DNA of 64,000 nucleotides from Macrostomum hystrix. Taxonomy: Eukaryota > Animalia > Platyhelminthes. Each line of letters begins with the position of its first letter. Position 1 is the first letter of the stretch. Positions 1-17,815 of this stretch are shown here, piece by piece. Where the stretch lies: contig CATNEN010000007.1 of NCBI GenBank assembly GCA_950097015.1, forward strand, positions 682,001-746,000, read 5' to 3'. The translations under genes and the position numbers were made by a program. The notes below the pieces were generated by a model, which made no database searches, had not been told where the DNA came from, and worked only from the letters and a program-made list of their open reading frames with translations.

Positions 1-520
1 ACTTCTCTTCCCTCCCCCTCTCCCCTTTCCACTCTTCCCTTTCCTCTCTCCCCTTTACCCTCTTCCCTTCCCCTCTCCCCTTTCCTCACTTCCCTTCCCC
101 TCTCCCCTTTCCTCTCTTCCCTTTCCTCTCTTCCCTTCCCCTCTCCCCTTTCCTCTCTTCCCTTTCCTCTCTCCCCTTTACCCTCTCCCCTTTCCTCTCT
201 TCCCTTTCCTCTCTTCCCTTTCCTCTCTTCCCTTCCCCTCTCCCCTTTCCTCTCTTCCCTTCCCCTCTCCCCTTTCCTCTCTTCCCTTTCCTCTCTCCCT
301 TTCCTCTCTTCCCTTCCCCTCTCCCTTTCCTCTCTTCCCTTTACCTTTTCCCCTTTCCTCTCTTCCTTCCCCTCTGCCCTTCATTTCCTATCTCTCCACC
401 CTCTCTTCCCCTTCCACTCTCCCCTTTTCTCTCTTCACCTTCCTCTCTCCATTTCCTCTTCTTCTTCCTCTCCCGTTTAGTCTCTTCAGATTTCCCCTCT
501 ACCCTTCCTCTTCCCTTTTT
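1..520. repeat. Polypyrimidine (CT-rich) low-complexity tract
   Basis: Near-pure C/T with degenerate units such as ttccctttcctctct; the 178..384 ORF is its translation. Confidence 0.9.
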
Positions 521-1240
521 ACTCCACTATCCTCCCCCTATTCTTTTCCTTTTTTATATTGCCACCTTTTTTATATTACGGACAAGAATTGCCTCTGCGT
601 TGATTTTTATTATTTGGTTTAATTTTTTTCGCAGCGAATTTCGCAGTTAAACCCCACAATAGGAGCACAGCTCGCAAATCAGTTGAAAACAAAGATAAAA
701 AAGATTTCCCGTCATCAATTGTTGAACTGCTTCGCTCTTTCCGGCAATTTTTTGACGTCGGCTTAAAAAGTCCAAAGAGGACAATAAATTAATTTATACA
801 TTTCTCTACCGGTATATGCCTTCAAAAAGTATGTTTCTGTATTACACCCTCCCCTTACTAACACAGATAGGAAAAATGAAACTGGTTAGCAGAAGCAGCT
901 GCAAGTGCGTCGCACTAGTATCTTATCTGTACATCCAAAATGCTTTCTTCTCTGGTGTGTTTCGTGGAGGTCAACATTTTTATTCATGACTTGGCTTATT
1001 AATTTTGACATTTTTCTTTGCGGAAAAGTTCCCTATTTTGGTCAAATCCTCATCCTGACCTATCTCTCATTCTTCCCACTCGTCGGGGACACTTGCTACG
1101 TGTGAGGATTTAAATAGAAGCTTGATTCGGAATTTTTGTTTTCTACTGCGTTCAAACTTTCGTCGATGATTGCTGAATCGATATCATGTAAAAATTCTGA
1201 TAGATAGACAAACGGCTATACAATAGGACAAACATATCCC

Positions 1241-2830
1241 TGAATCTCATTCTTCAGATCTTTATAGATCCCTGAGTCTCGTTCTTCAGATCTTTATAGA
1301 TCCCTGAATCTCATTCTTCAGATCTTTATAGATCCCTGAATCTCATTCTTCAGATCTTTATAGATCCCTGAATCTCATTCTTCAGATCTTTGTAGATCCC
1401 AGAATCTCATTCTTCAGATCTTTATAGATCCCAGAATCTCATTCTTCAGATCTTTATAGATCCCTAAATCTCATTCTTCAGATCTTTATAGATCCCTAAA
1501 TCTCATTCTTCAGATCTTTATAGATCCCTGAATCTCATTCTTCAGATCTTTATAGATCCCAGAGTCTCGTTCTTCAGATCTTTATAGATCCCTAAATCTC
1601 ATTCTTCAGATCTTTATAGATCCCTGAATCTCATTCTTCAGATCTTTATACATCCCTGAGTCTCGTTCTTCAGATCTTTATAGATCCCTAAATCTCATTC
1701 TTCAGATCTTTATAGATCCCTAAATCTCATTCTTCAGATCTTTATAGATCCCTGAATCTCATTCTTCAGATCTTTATAGATCCCTAAATCTCATTCTTCA
1801 GATCTTTATAGATCCCTGAATCTCATTCTTCAGATTTTTATAGATCCCTGAGTCTCATTCTTCAGATCTTTATAGATCCCTGAATCTCATTCTTCAGATC
1901 TATATAGACCCCTGAATCTCATTCTTCAGATCTTTATAGATCCCTGAATCTCATTCTTCAGATCATTTATAGATCCCTGAATCTCATTCTTCAGATCATT
2001 TATAGATCCCTGAATCTCATTCTTCAGATTTTTATAGATCCCTGAATCTCATTCTTCAGATCTTTATAGATCCCTGAATCTCATTCTTCAGATCTTTATA
2101 GATCCCTGAGTCTCGTTCTTCAGATCTTTATAGATCCCTGAATCTCAATCTTCAGATCTTTATAGATCCCTGAATCTCATTCTTCAGATCTTTATAGATC
2201 CCTGAATCTCATTCTTCAGATCTTTATAGATCCCTGAGTCTCGTTCTTCAGATCTTTATAGATCCCTGAATCTCATTCTTCAGATCTTTATAGATCCCTG
2301 AATCTCATTATTCAGATCTTTATAGATCCTTGAATCTCGTTCTTCAGATTTTTATAGACCCCTGAGTCTCGTTCTTCAGATCTTTATAGATCCCTGAATC
2401 TCATTCTTCAGATCTTTATAGATCCCTGAATCTCGTTCTTCAGATTTTTATAGATCCCTGAATCTCATTATTCAGATCTTTATAGATCCTTGAATCTCGT
2501 TCTTCAGATTTTTATAGACCCCTGAGTCTCGTTCTTCAGATCTTTATAGATCCCTGAATCTCATTCTTCAGATCTTTATAGATCCCTGAATCTCGTTCTT
2601 CAGATTTTTATAGATCCCTGAATCTCATTCTTCAGATCTTTATACATCCCTGAGTCTCGTTCTTCAGATCTTTATAGATCCCTGAATCTCATTCTTCAGA
2701 TCTTTATAGATCCCTGAGTCTCGTTCTTCAGATCTTTATACATCCCTGAGTCTCGTTCTTCAGATCTTTATAGATCCCTGAATCTCATTCTTCAGATCTT
2801 TATAGATCCCTGAGTCTCAGATCTTAGTTC
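1241..2830. repeat. 32-bp minisatellite (tctcattcttcagatctttatagatccctgaa), about 49 copies, intronic
   Basis: Unit read directly; lies just upstream of the acceptor at 2876. Confidence 0.95.
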
Positions 2831-2876
2831 TAAAGATCTTCAGATCCTTATCAGCATCAGCTGTCCTGTCCTTCAG

Positions 2877-8815
<5,939 letters not shown>

Positions 8816-10309
8816 TTACAGGAAATTGTAGGCCATTTGAGGCCATAGACGAAAACGATGCATTGGAGTGAGCTTTTAGCCCAGCTTTGGACTTTTCTCA
8901 CAGAAGAAAATACACAGATTGTTTAAAGGACACTTCAGTTTTCCCTATAGGGAAGAATAGTGTCCTGAAGCTATACAATAAATTCAGTAGTATAACGGGT
9001 GCCAAGAAGCAGCTGCAGCGCATAAGAACTATAGGCTGCGGCTGTACATCTGACCCAGTTACGTATTTTCCTTCTATCTGTGAAATTTTTTGTGCATTCC
9101 CTACACCTGATCTTCACTCCTTTAAAACCCCGATCGTCTAACTTTCAATGGCCGTTGGGTCCAATGCTAAACTATACAATTATCCATACTTTTTATTGTA
9201 CTTATTCGTTTTGCTCTGCAGATGAAGTCGTGTGCATGAATATCGATAAGTCTGGGAAGCGATCGACAAGATTTTTGATCACTGAAAACTGAATTGCTTC
9301 TAGTTTCCAATCAGAAATTTAAATTAAACATGATTTATGCTCATTGTCACATGCTCTAAACATATTTTATCAATAAATATTCTATTCAAGATAATTTGCG
9401 AACAAATCGATGTATTGCACACATGAATATAAACAATACATGATATAGATGCATTTTTCGTTGATTCCATATATATTATATCCTTAAAATGTACATTACA
9501 GAATTCCTAGGTTGCTATTACGAGCGTATAACTCGCGGGGTTTCCCGAGAATTCTAATTTTAGATTATCACGTGATTTGTTCTAACTGTACTCTACTCGG
9601 GAATACCCCATTTCGAATTGGTTCTATTTTTAGCAACATTCAATCAACATTATAGAATCCTTGCGTATTGTAATCCACAAGATTTATCAATCCAGAGATA
9701 AGCAACACGAACTGTTATACCATAATAATAAGTACGATATCTGTATGAATTATGAATTACCAAGATTTTGATTAGTAAAATCTGAGGTTCATTTTAAATG
9801 AGCTTGCGAAACAGATTAGAAATTCGAGCAGGCTAAGAGATGGATTCTACGTAAAATCGAGCGTAATTCATTTTAATCAGATTGAATTTTTCTGCGAGAT
9901 TACATTTCCAAGGCATTCACTCAAATGTCAATAATTGCGCTTCAACATACACACAGAAGTCCACGGAGACAAGCAAGTCATAAATGAATGTGTTTTGTCC
10001 ATTCGATATATAAATGCACGGCTAAAATGTTCCAATTAGATAACAGTTAGTCCCTGCCGCTGGATTATTTATTATTATTAATATTCCATCAGTCAATAAG
10101 CTGAAGCAAAACTGTAATAACAACAAGAAACGTACTAATAGTTTCAGTAGTTCCAAATTTTGCGATCCCTATTATCCCAAGACGTTAATATCCCAAAATA
10201 ATACTCCGGTTTCGAGATCCCAAAACTAAAATGATTTCCAGTTTACTAAATCACAAAAAGTTCCCATTTCGAGAAAATCCCAAAAATCCCAAAGATGAAT
10301 ATCGCAATC

Positions 10310-11006
10310 TAGAGATCCCGCAATCTAGAGATCCCGCAATTTAGGGATTACGCAGTCTAGGGATCACGCAATCTAGGGATCACGCAATCTAGGGATCTGC
10401 AATCTAGTGATCCGCAATCTAGAGATCACGCAATCTAGGGATCTGCAATCTAGTGATCCGCAATCTAGAGATCACGCAATCTAGTGATCCCGCAATCTAG
10501 AGATCACGCAATCTAGGGATCTGCAATCTAGTGATCCGCAATCTAGAGATCACGCAATCTAGGGATCTGCAATCTAGTGATCCGCAATCTAGAGATCACG
10601 CAATCTAGTGATCCCGCAATCTAGGGATCCGCAATCTAGGAATCACGCAATCTAGGGATCTGCAATCTAGTGATCCGCAATCTAGAGATCACGCAATCTA
10701 GGGATCTGCAATCTAGTGATCCGCAATCTAGAGATCACGCAATCTAGTGATCCCGCAATCTAGGGATCCGCAATCTAGGAATCACGCAATCTAGGGATCT
10801 GCAATCTAGTGATCCGCAATCTAGAGATCACGCAATCTAGTGATCCCGCAATCTAGAGATCACGCAATCTAGGGATCTGCAATCTAGTGATCCCGCAATC
10901 TAGAGATCACGCAATCTAGAGATCCCGCAATCTAGAGATCCCACAATCTAGAGATCGCGAAATCTAGGGATCACGCAATCTAGGGATCCCGCAATCTAGG
11001 GATCAC
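10310..11006. repeat. 15-16-bp minisatellite (gcaatctagggatcac) in the UTP25 3' UTR
   Basis: Read directly; the terminal unit contains the UTP25 stop codon (tca at 11003-11005). Confidence 0.93.
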
Positions 11007-14000
11007 GTGCAGTCAGTGGAGCCCAGCTCGGCTGCTCGCCGAGGGCCGCAAAGAGGCGCCAGCGAGTGCCAGTCGGTGGCCCTGTCCACCAGGATGGCGC
11101 AGGCTGGCGGCGAGCTGGCCGAAGCTGCGTCCGTCAAGGCCAGCCGGCAGAGCTCTTCGAAGAAGGCCGGATAAGTTGGCGGGCCGTAGAACAGCAGGTT
11201 GTGAATGCCGCGAATGCGCTGTCTATGGTAGAAATGGTAGCGCTCCGAGTACAGCAGAATGCGAACCTCGCCTTCTCGGAACAGGCCCTGGTAGCTGGGG
11301 TGGGGTAAATTTGTTGGTAAATCTGTATACTCATGTGATATTGCAGAGCCGGTTGCTAAGGCCTTTCTAAAATGATTTTCCTAGAAACACAAAAACGACA
11401 AGATTTTTTTCTAAGCAATGGAAATTAAATGCGTCGATTATAAAAAATATAATTGTAAATACATATGATTCTAAGCAAATAGAATAAATTATATACGATT
11501 CTAATAAATAGATAAACAAATTACTCTAATTATAAAAAAACCTACACGAAATGCCCCAGATTCTAGGAAACAACCAAACGTTTTCGATTTTACGAAACTG
11601 ATAATCAAATGCCTCTATTTCAAAGAAACCTACTCAAAATTTCTAAGATTCTAGGAAACGAGTAAACGCATTTGATTCCAAGAAACAGAAAACCTCACGA
11701 AAATGTGACCTTTTTTATCTGAACATCTGCACATGACCTACAAGGTCCTAGGGGGGAGGGGAGTGAAGGAACATGCATGCCAAATCACCTTGCCGCTTTA
11801 GTCTTGGGCGTGTACTCGCTGATGGCGCAGAAGTCCAGCTTCTCCTTGCGCAACTCGGCCCTGAGGTCGGCCCAGTCCAGGTAGCTGGGCGCGTACAGAA
11901 GCACCCGCCGCAGGCGCTGGCCCTCCCGGAGCCAGGGCAGCAGGCGCCGACGGAAAGCGGCTAACCTGGCGGCGGCCGCTTCGGCTGGGCCGGCTGAAGC
12001 GAACTGGACAAATTTCACCGACAACGGATTCGAACCTGCGACCATTGACGATGACAGACTACCGCCGAGTAGGCCGGCGTCGCCGAATAACTCGGCGTAG
12101 TTCGGCCTCAGCGCCAGCTTGCCGCGCCAGTTGCGCATTCGGCCGCCGAACAGGGCGGGCAGCTCCGGGAAATGAACGCCCGACAGGCAGACCGTCTGGC
12201 GGTACAGGCTCGCCCGGCCTTCCAGGTACCTGGGAAGAGGGATCGAGAGGTCGGAAGTTCGAAACTTGGAAACAGTCTATCAGCTGTCAACCCCAACCTA
12301 ACTCCAACCCAACGAAAACATCAGCTGTCATGCCCAATGTCCGTCAGCTGTCATGCCCAATGTCCGTCAGCTGTCATGCCCAATGTCCATCAGCTGTCAT
12401 GCCCAATGTCCATCAGCTGTCATGCCCAATGTCCATCAGCTGTCATGCCCAATGTCCATCAGCTGTCATGCCCAATGTCCATCAGCTGTCATGCCCAATG
12501 TCCATCAGCTGTCATGCCCAATGTCCATCAGCTGTCATTCCCAATGTCCATCAGCTGTCATGCCCAATGTCCATCAGCTGTCATGCCCAATGTCCATCAG
12601 CTGTCATGCCCAATGTCCATCAGCTGTCATGCCCAATGTCCATCAGCTGTCATGCCCAATGTCCATCAGCTGTCATGCCCAATGTCCATCAGCTGTCATG
12701 CCCAATGTCCATCAGCTGTCATTCCCAATGTCCATCAGCTGTCATGCCCAATGTCCATCAGCTGTCATGCCCAATGTCCATCAGCTGTCATGCCCAATGT
12801 CCATCAGCTGTCATGCCCAATGTCCATCAGCTGTCATGCCCAATGTCCATCAGCTGTCATTCCCAATGTCCATCAGCTGTCATGCCCAATGTCCATCAGC
12901 TGTCATGCCCAATGTCCATCAGCTGTCATGCCCAATGTCCATCAGCTGTCACGCCCAGATCACCCAAACGCACCAGAGCCGGCAGCGGAACAGATTAGCC
13001 TCGCCAGTTTCCTCAGGAATCTGATTAGCGGCTTCAACAATGTCCAACAGGCGGCACCAGTTCTGAGCAGCGATGGAATCAGCCTGATCGATAATCAGCA
13101 GTTCAATTGAGCTGAGCAGTCTGGGCTCCTCGGCCACAATATCCGCCAGACCCAAAGGCGAGGCGATGATCAAATCTGAGGCCGAGAATGGAGTGTACAG
13201 CTTTAAGGTGCGCTTGGCAACCGCCAAGCCTAGACGAAAATTGTCGTCCGAATTGGCGCCGAAAAGTTCCTCGAACTCCGGCGGCTTCTTGCCGCGCCGC
13301 CGATCAGCCTTGGCGTCGTCCGAGTTCGTCAGCCGGAATTCCTTCAAGAATCTAGCCCGATGACTGACAAGAGCGCCTGGGGGCAGCAGCGAGATCAGCG
13401 TTTCTACAGCTTTCAAAGCCGAGTCGCGAACCGGCAGCAGTAGGAGAACGCGCGGCCGAGCGAAGCCCTGATCTCGCAGAGCTTCAGGATCCGGAGCCGA
13501 GGAGGCGGACAAGCCAGCTGCCGAGTTGTTTCTGAGCACTAACCGGCGAGTCTTGTACAGGTGGTTGAGCAGGTGCAGGCAGTAGCACAGGCGGACGCGA
13601 TCGGCACTGTCTGGTCCGGGACGTCTGTCACGCAGCATGACATCGTGATATCCGGTCAGGAGCCGAAGCAGGCTGTCCCATTTGTTATCAATCGAGGCCG
13701 TTTGAACAGCAGACGAGTGAAGAAAGGCGACAAACTGTTTGGCGATGAACTCCTGATCATCCAGGCAAGCTTGAAGCTCGGGCAGGCAGCGGGCCAGCTT
13801 GTAGTAGTAAGTCTGCTCGCCGAAACCAGCCAACTGGAAGGTGTGGGTCAGGCACTGGGAGTCGCGGAGTGTTGACACATCTGACTCTGACAGCACCGCA
13901 GACAGATGACTGTGAAAACTGTCCGCTGCCGGTTGTTCGTTTAAGCGACTGCGCTTTGAATCGGCATTCGGCTCGGCAGCGTGAAGCTCCGACTCGCTGC

Positions 14001-14082
14001 CGCTGTTGTCTTCGTCAACGCCTTCAGCCTGCGAGACTGGCCGCTTCTTCGTCCGGGTCGCCAACGCTGACTGAGAGGCTGC
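11003..14082 (-). CDS. UTP25: U3 snoRNA-associated protein 25 / digestive organ expansion factor homolog; exons 14082-12974, 12229-11789, 11294-11003 (1842 nt, in frame)
   Basis: Family-typical motifs LRDQGFARPRVLLLLPVR, DDNFRLGL, KLYTPFSASDLIIASPLGL, LSSIELLIIDQAD and ILLYSERYHFYHRQRIRGIHNLLFYGPPTYPAFFEEL. GT-AG junctions keep frame. No genomic ATG at the 5' acceptor. Confidence 0.92.
12321..12950. repeat. 23-bp minisatellite (catcagctgtcatgcccaatgtc), about 27 copies, in the UTP25 intron 12973-12230
   Basis: Read directly; explains + ORFs 12045..13110. Confidence 0.95.
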
Positions 14083-14129
14083 CTGTAAGTCGGGTTTTAG
14101 TTAGAACATCATGCTCATTGCCGTCACAC

Positions 14130-14695
14130 TTCAAAGTCTTGGCCACTAACCCACTGACACTTCAGTGCCTTGGTCACTAACCCACTGACACTTCAGTGCC
14201 TTGGTCACTAACCCACTGATACTTCAGTGCCTTGGTCACTAACCCACTGATACTTCAGTGCCTTGGTCACTAACCCACTGATACTTCAGTGCCTTGGTCA
14301 CTAACCCACTGATACTTCAGTGCCTTGGTCACTAACCCACTGACACTTCAGTGCCTTGGTCACTAACCCACTGATACTTCAGTGCCTTGGTCACTAACCC
14401 ACTGATACTTCAGTGCCTTGGTCACTAACCCACTGATACTTCAGTGCCTTGGTCACTAACCCACTGATACTTCAGAGCCTTGGTCACTAACCCACTGACA
14501 CTTCAGTGCCTTGGTCACTAACCCACTGAAACTTCAGTGCCTTGGTCACTAACCCACCGACACTTCAGTGCCTTGGCCACTAACCCACTGACACTTCAGA
14601 GCCTTGGCCACTAACCCACTGACACTTCAGTGCCTTGGTCACTAACCCACTGACACTTCAGTGCCTTGGTCACTAACCCACTGAAACTTCAGTAT
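14130..14695. repeat. 31-bp minisatellite (ccactgatacttcagtgccttggtcactaac), about 18 copies
   Basis: Read directly; upstream of the UTP25 first coding exon. Confidence 0.95.
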
Positions 14696-14749
14696 CCCAT
14701 TTAGTGGGATTTCTGTGGGATAATTAATGTGATATTTGAGGATGGGTGT

Positions 14750-14822
14750 GGCGGTCTCCCCAGTCCATGGACTGAACTGCCTTAGCAATAGCTGCGGCTG
14801 GGCTGTCGGCTTCACATACTAC
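14750..14822 (+). mobile_element. Body fragment of SINE family 2
   Basis: gtccatggactgaac...gcaatagctgcggctgggctgtcggct.cacat matches the reverse complement of 26820-26915 and partly 61705-61716. Confidence 0.55.
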
Positions 14823-15324
14823 TCAATTAGGGCAGATCTTATTGAGTAATTATTATTCTTATCATTCGACAAAGAAAACAAGAGGCAGACTTTAATTTGA
14901 CAGGCATGCGCTAAAAATCGAACAATTTAATTGCATTGTTACCTGGGACGGAAAGTACAAACCAGAGGCAATCAATTTTTTCGATTTGCTTTCGATAGCA
15001 AATAATAGAAATCAATGTTATATTGACATGGCTATAAATGCATTTCTAATGGGAGTATTTTTATTTGTACTAATAAAAATGTATAAAATAGTACAATTAT
15101 ATCGACGCAGATTTTCAACATATAAATGTTGAAAAATTTTAGGTAAATTTCAACTCTAACACGGACGCAATAATAAAACCTACTAAAATGCAATATGATA
15201 AGTTGGTTGATGTCTAAATTACTGTAAAAAAGTTATATGGTAGAGCGGTTTTCCTATGCTTCACATTAATAGATATGGCAGGTTTTACAGCTCACGCCAA
15301 ACTACGTGGCATTCAGAATACAAT

Positions 15325-15475
15325 TTTACCAACCAATAGGAGACGAGTCAATGAGACAGAGGGTTAGAGGGAAGAGATTGGCAGGAGGCCAGCCAATAGG
15401 AAGCGAGCACGGCGAATAAAAGGGGTAGAGAGACTATAAAGAACGTACATTACAGATTGGCTAATTTGCATTTGG
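15325..15475. promoter_or_regulatory. Cluster of four CCAAT boxes, one TATAAA and one octamer (ATTTGCAT)
   Basis: accaatagg at about 15332, gattggc at about 15377, gccaatagg at about 15391, tataaa at 15435-15440, gattggct at about 15455, atttgcat at 15464-15471. Confidence 0.4.
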
Positions 15476-15515
15476 TGAGCTTGGAAGTGAAAGATGTCGC
15501 CTTGTAGGGTATAAA

Positions 15516-16220
15516 TCATTTAGAGAAGACAGTGCTGGCCAGAAATAGCCGATAATCCAAATCTACAACTAGGGCAGCAGCTCGCAGATTATCATTTGAT
15601 TTCAAAAGGCCGCACATCTGCCTAGCCGAGTCGCGATAAATATGGCCAACCAAGCTGCGACTGGCGAAGAACAGTTCGCGTTCAATGCCAACAGGAGCTG
15701 GCGAATCCTCCGACACGCCCAAAGCGTCGCCTAGCAACTGGCGAGTACGCCGACGCTTCTCGGAGCAGGAGGCGTCGCAGGCGACATCTAACTGGCGACG
15801 GCTTTCCACTTCAATGAAGTGCGCCAGCCAGGACTCGCAGATGGCCCGGGCGGCATTGGACACTCGGCTATCGGCGTGACCGGTTAGTCGCTTCACATGA
15901 GCCCCAATCTTGGACGCCTTGAGCAGTTCGCGACTTGGTTGCTTGGCGGACAATTTGTTCAGCGTGTCCAACAACTGCTCGGCGCTTAGCTTCTCGGGCG
16001 CTTTGAGTAGCTCTTTGTAGCGATAGAGATCTTCCACAACTACAACACCGCGCATATCAGTGATACGCATCTGCCGACTGGAGCCTGAAGACACACCAAC
16101 TCCCGGACCTGTGTCCGCCTGGCGTCTAAGGAAATTGTCAATCTTCACCTGCCTCAAATGGCCACCCAGCTGCTGCTGCTGCCGCTGCTGGGGACGGCGA
16201 GCCGAGAATTGCGGTGGTGA
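15516..16220 (-). CDS. TCEANC2: Transcription elongation factor A N-terminal and central domain-containing protein 2; single coding exon after acceptor tttgcag
   Basis: MRGVVVVEDLYRYKELL...PSRELLKASKIGAHVKRL...IERELFFASRSLVGHIYRDSARQM parallels the TCEANC2 pattern (RVVVVEDIKRWK, PSREVLKSTRIGHTV, NIERETFHLCSRLINGPYRR). Start codon uncertain. Confidence 0.88.
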   Translation of the reverse strand, partial: SPPQFSARRPQQRQQQQLGGHLRQVKIDNFLRRQADTGPGVGVSSGSSRQMRITDMRGVVVVEDLYRYKELLKAPEKLSAEQLLDTLNKLSAKQPSRELLKASKIGAHVKRLTGHADSRVSNAARAICESWLAHFIEVESRRQLDVACDASCSEKRRRTRQLLGDALGVSEDSPAPVGIERELFFASRSLVGHIYRDSARQMCGLLKSNDNLRAAALVVDLDYRLFLASTVFSK

Positions 16221-16254
16221 CTGCAAATTTTAGTTGGGTTGAGCACTTGTAACT

Positions 16255-17040
16255 TTGTCTTCTCATTATTCTGTCCTTATCGATACCTGTCTTCTCATTA
16301 TTCTGTCCTCATCGATACCTGTCTTCTCAGCCTTCTGTCCTCATCGATACCTGTCTTCGTCTTCTCATTATTCTGTCCTCATTGATACCTGTCTTTGTCT
16401 TCTCATTATTCTGTCCTCATTGATACCTGTCTTCTCATTATTCTGTCCTCATTGATACCTGTCTTCTCATTATTCTGTCCTCATCGATACCTGTCTTTGT
16501 CTTCTCATTATTCTGTCCTCATCGATACCTGTCTTTGTCTTCTCATTATTCTGTCCTCATTGATACCTGTCTTCTCAGCCTTCTGTCCTCATCGATACCT
16601 GTCTTTGTCTTCTCATTATTCTGTCCTCATCGATACCTGTCTTTGTCTTCTCATTATTCTGTCCTCATTGATACCTGTCTTCTCATTATTCTGTCCTCAT
16701 TGATACCTGTCTTCTCATTATTCTGTCCTCATCGATACCTGTCTTTGTCTTCTCATTATTCTGTCCTCATCGATACCTGTCTTTGTCTTCTCATTATTCT
16801 GTCCTCATCGATACCTGTCTTTGTCTTCTCATTATTCTGTCCTCATCGATACCTGTCTTTGTCTTCTCATTATTCTGTCCTCATTGATACCTGTCTTCTC
16901 ATTATTCTGTCCTCATTGATACCTGTCTTCTCATTATTCTGTCCTCATTGATACCTGTCTTCTCATTATTCTGTCCTCATTGATACCTGTCTTCTCATTA
17001 TTCTGTCCTCATTGATACCTGTCTTCTCAGCCTTCTGTCC
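16255..17040. repeat. 32/38-bp minisatellite (ttctcattattctgtcctcattgatacctgtc with optional tttgtc)
   Basis: Read directly; explains ORFs 16255..16951. Confidence 0.93.
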
Positions 17041-17597
17041 TGTTTTTACACAAAAAATGGGATGAAAATCACCAGTTTATTTGGGGGAATAAAGTCAACT
17101 TCTGCGCATAAACTTTGCCTTCTTTCCTCCTCAGCTAATGTCGACCCTAGCCCCATCTGCACAATGATATACCAGCTCCATATTCCCAATCACACAGCAC
17201 AACTGGAACTTACACAATAAATATACAAGCGTGGGGCGAGTGTCTCTGGCTCACACATTCCTGTCACCAACTCCTCAACTTCCCTCAGTCTCCTGCATTA
17301 GTGAAAAGTAGGATTAGGGCGCACACATAGCAGAAGTTGGGAGAAGCAGACTGGCTGACAGACGAATCGATGCACTGAAAGCTACGAGCTAGAATGAAAA
17401 CAGAGAGGCGGACTCGGGGGGTGGGGTGGCTGTTCGCCCTACGATACCAGAGACAGAATACTAACGCTGAGTACACACACACAAACAGCTGCTGCTGATG
17501 CAATCGTGATTCAATCATACATATTAATGAGATAATCTGGGCTAAGAAATATAGATATGAAAATAAGTTATGCCTTCTATCTGATTCCGGACATTAA

Positions 17598-17815
17598 GGG
17601 ATAAGTGGCAGAGCAGTCTAACCAATTTGCCTCCCGCACAGAAGCTCCTGAGCTCGAATCCGCGGCGAGGCCGCATCGATTTTGGGAGCGCGACCGCGGA
17701 GAGATGGCTTGGTGGCTTCTCGTGCAATTTACGCGCAAAAGGACCGACCCCCAGGGCACAATGAGAGTGTATACTGCCTGACAATGAGAATGTCATGGCT
17801 GATGTACACACCTGT
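17598..17815 (+). mobile_element. tRNA-derived SINE, family 1 (head and body)
   Basis: A-box-like tggcagagcagt and B-box-like gagctcgaatcc; body shared with the copy at 7975-8250. Confidence 0.65.

Noticed and set aside
12045-13110. Cys/His-rich plus-strand ORFs resembling metal-binding repeats
   Set aside because: Translation of the 23-bp intronic array, antisense to UTP25.
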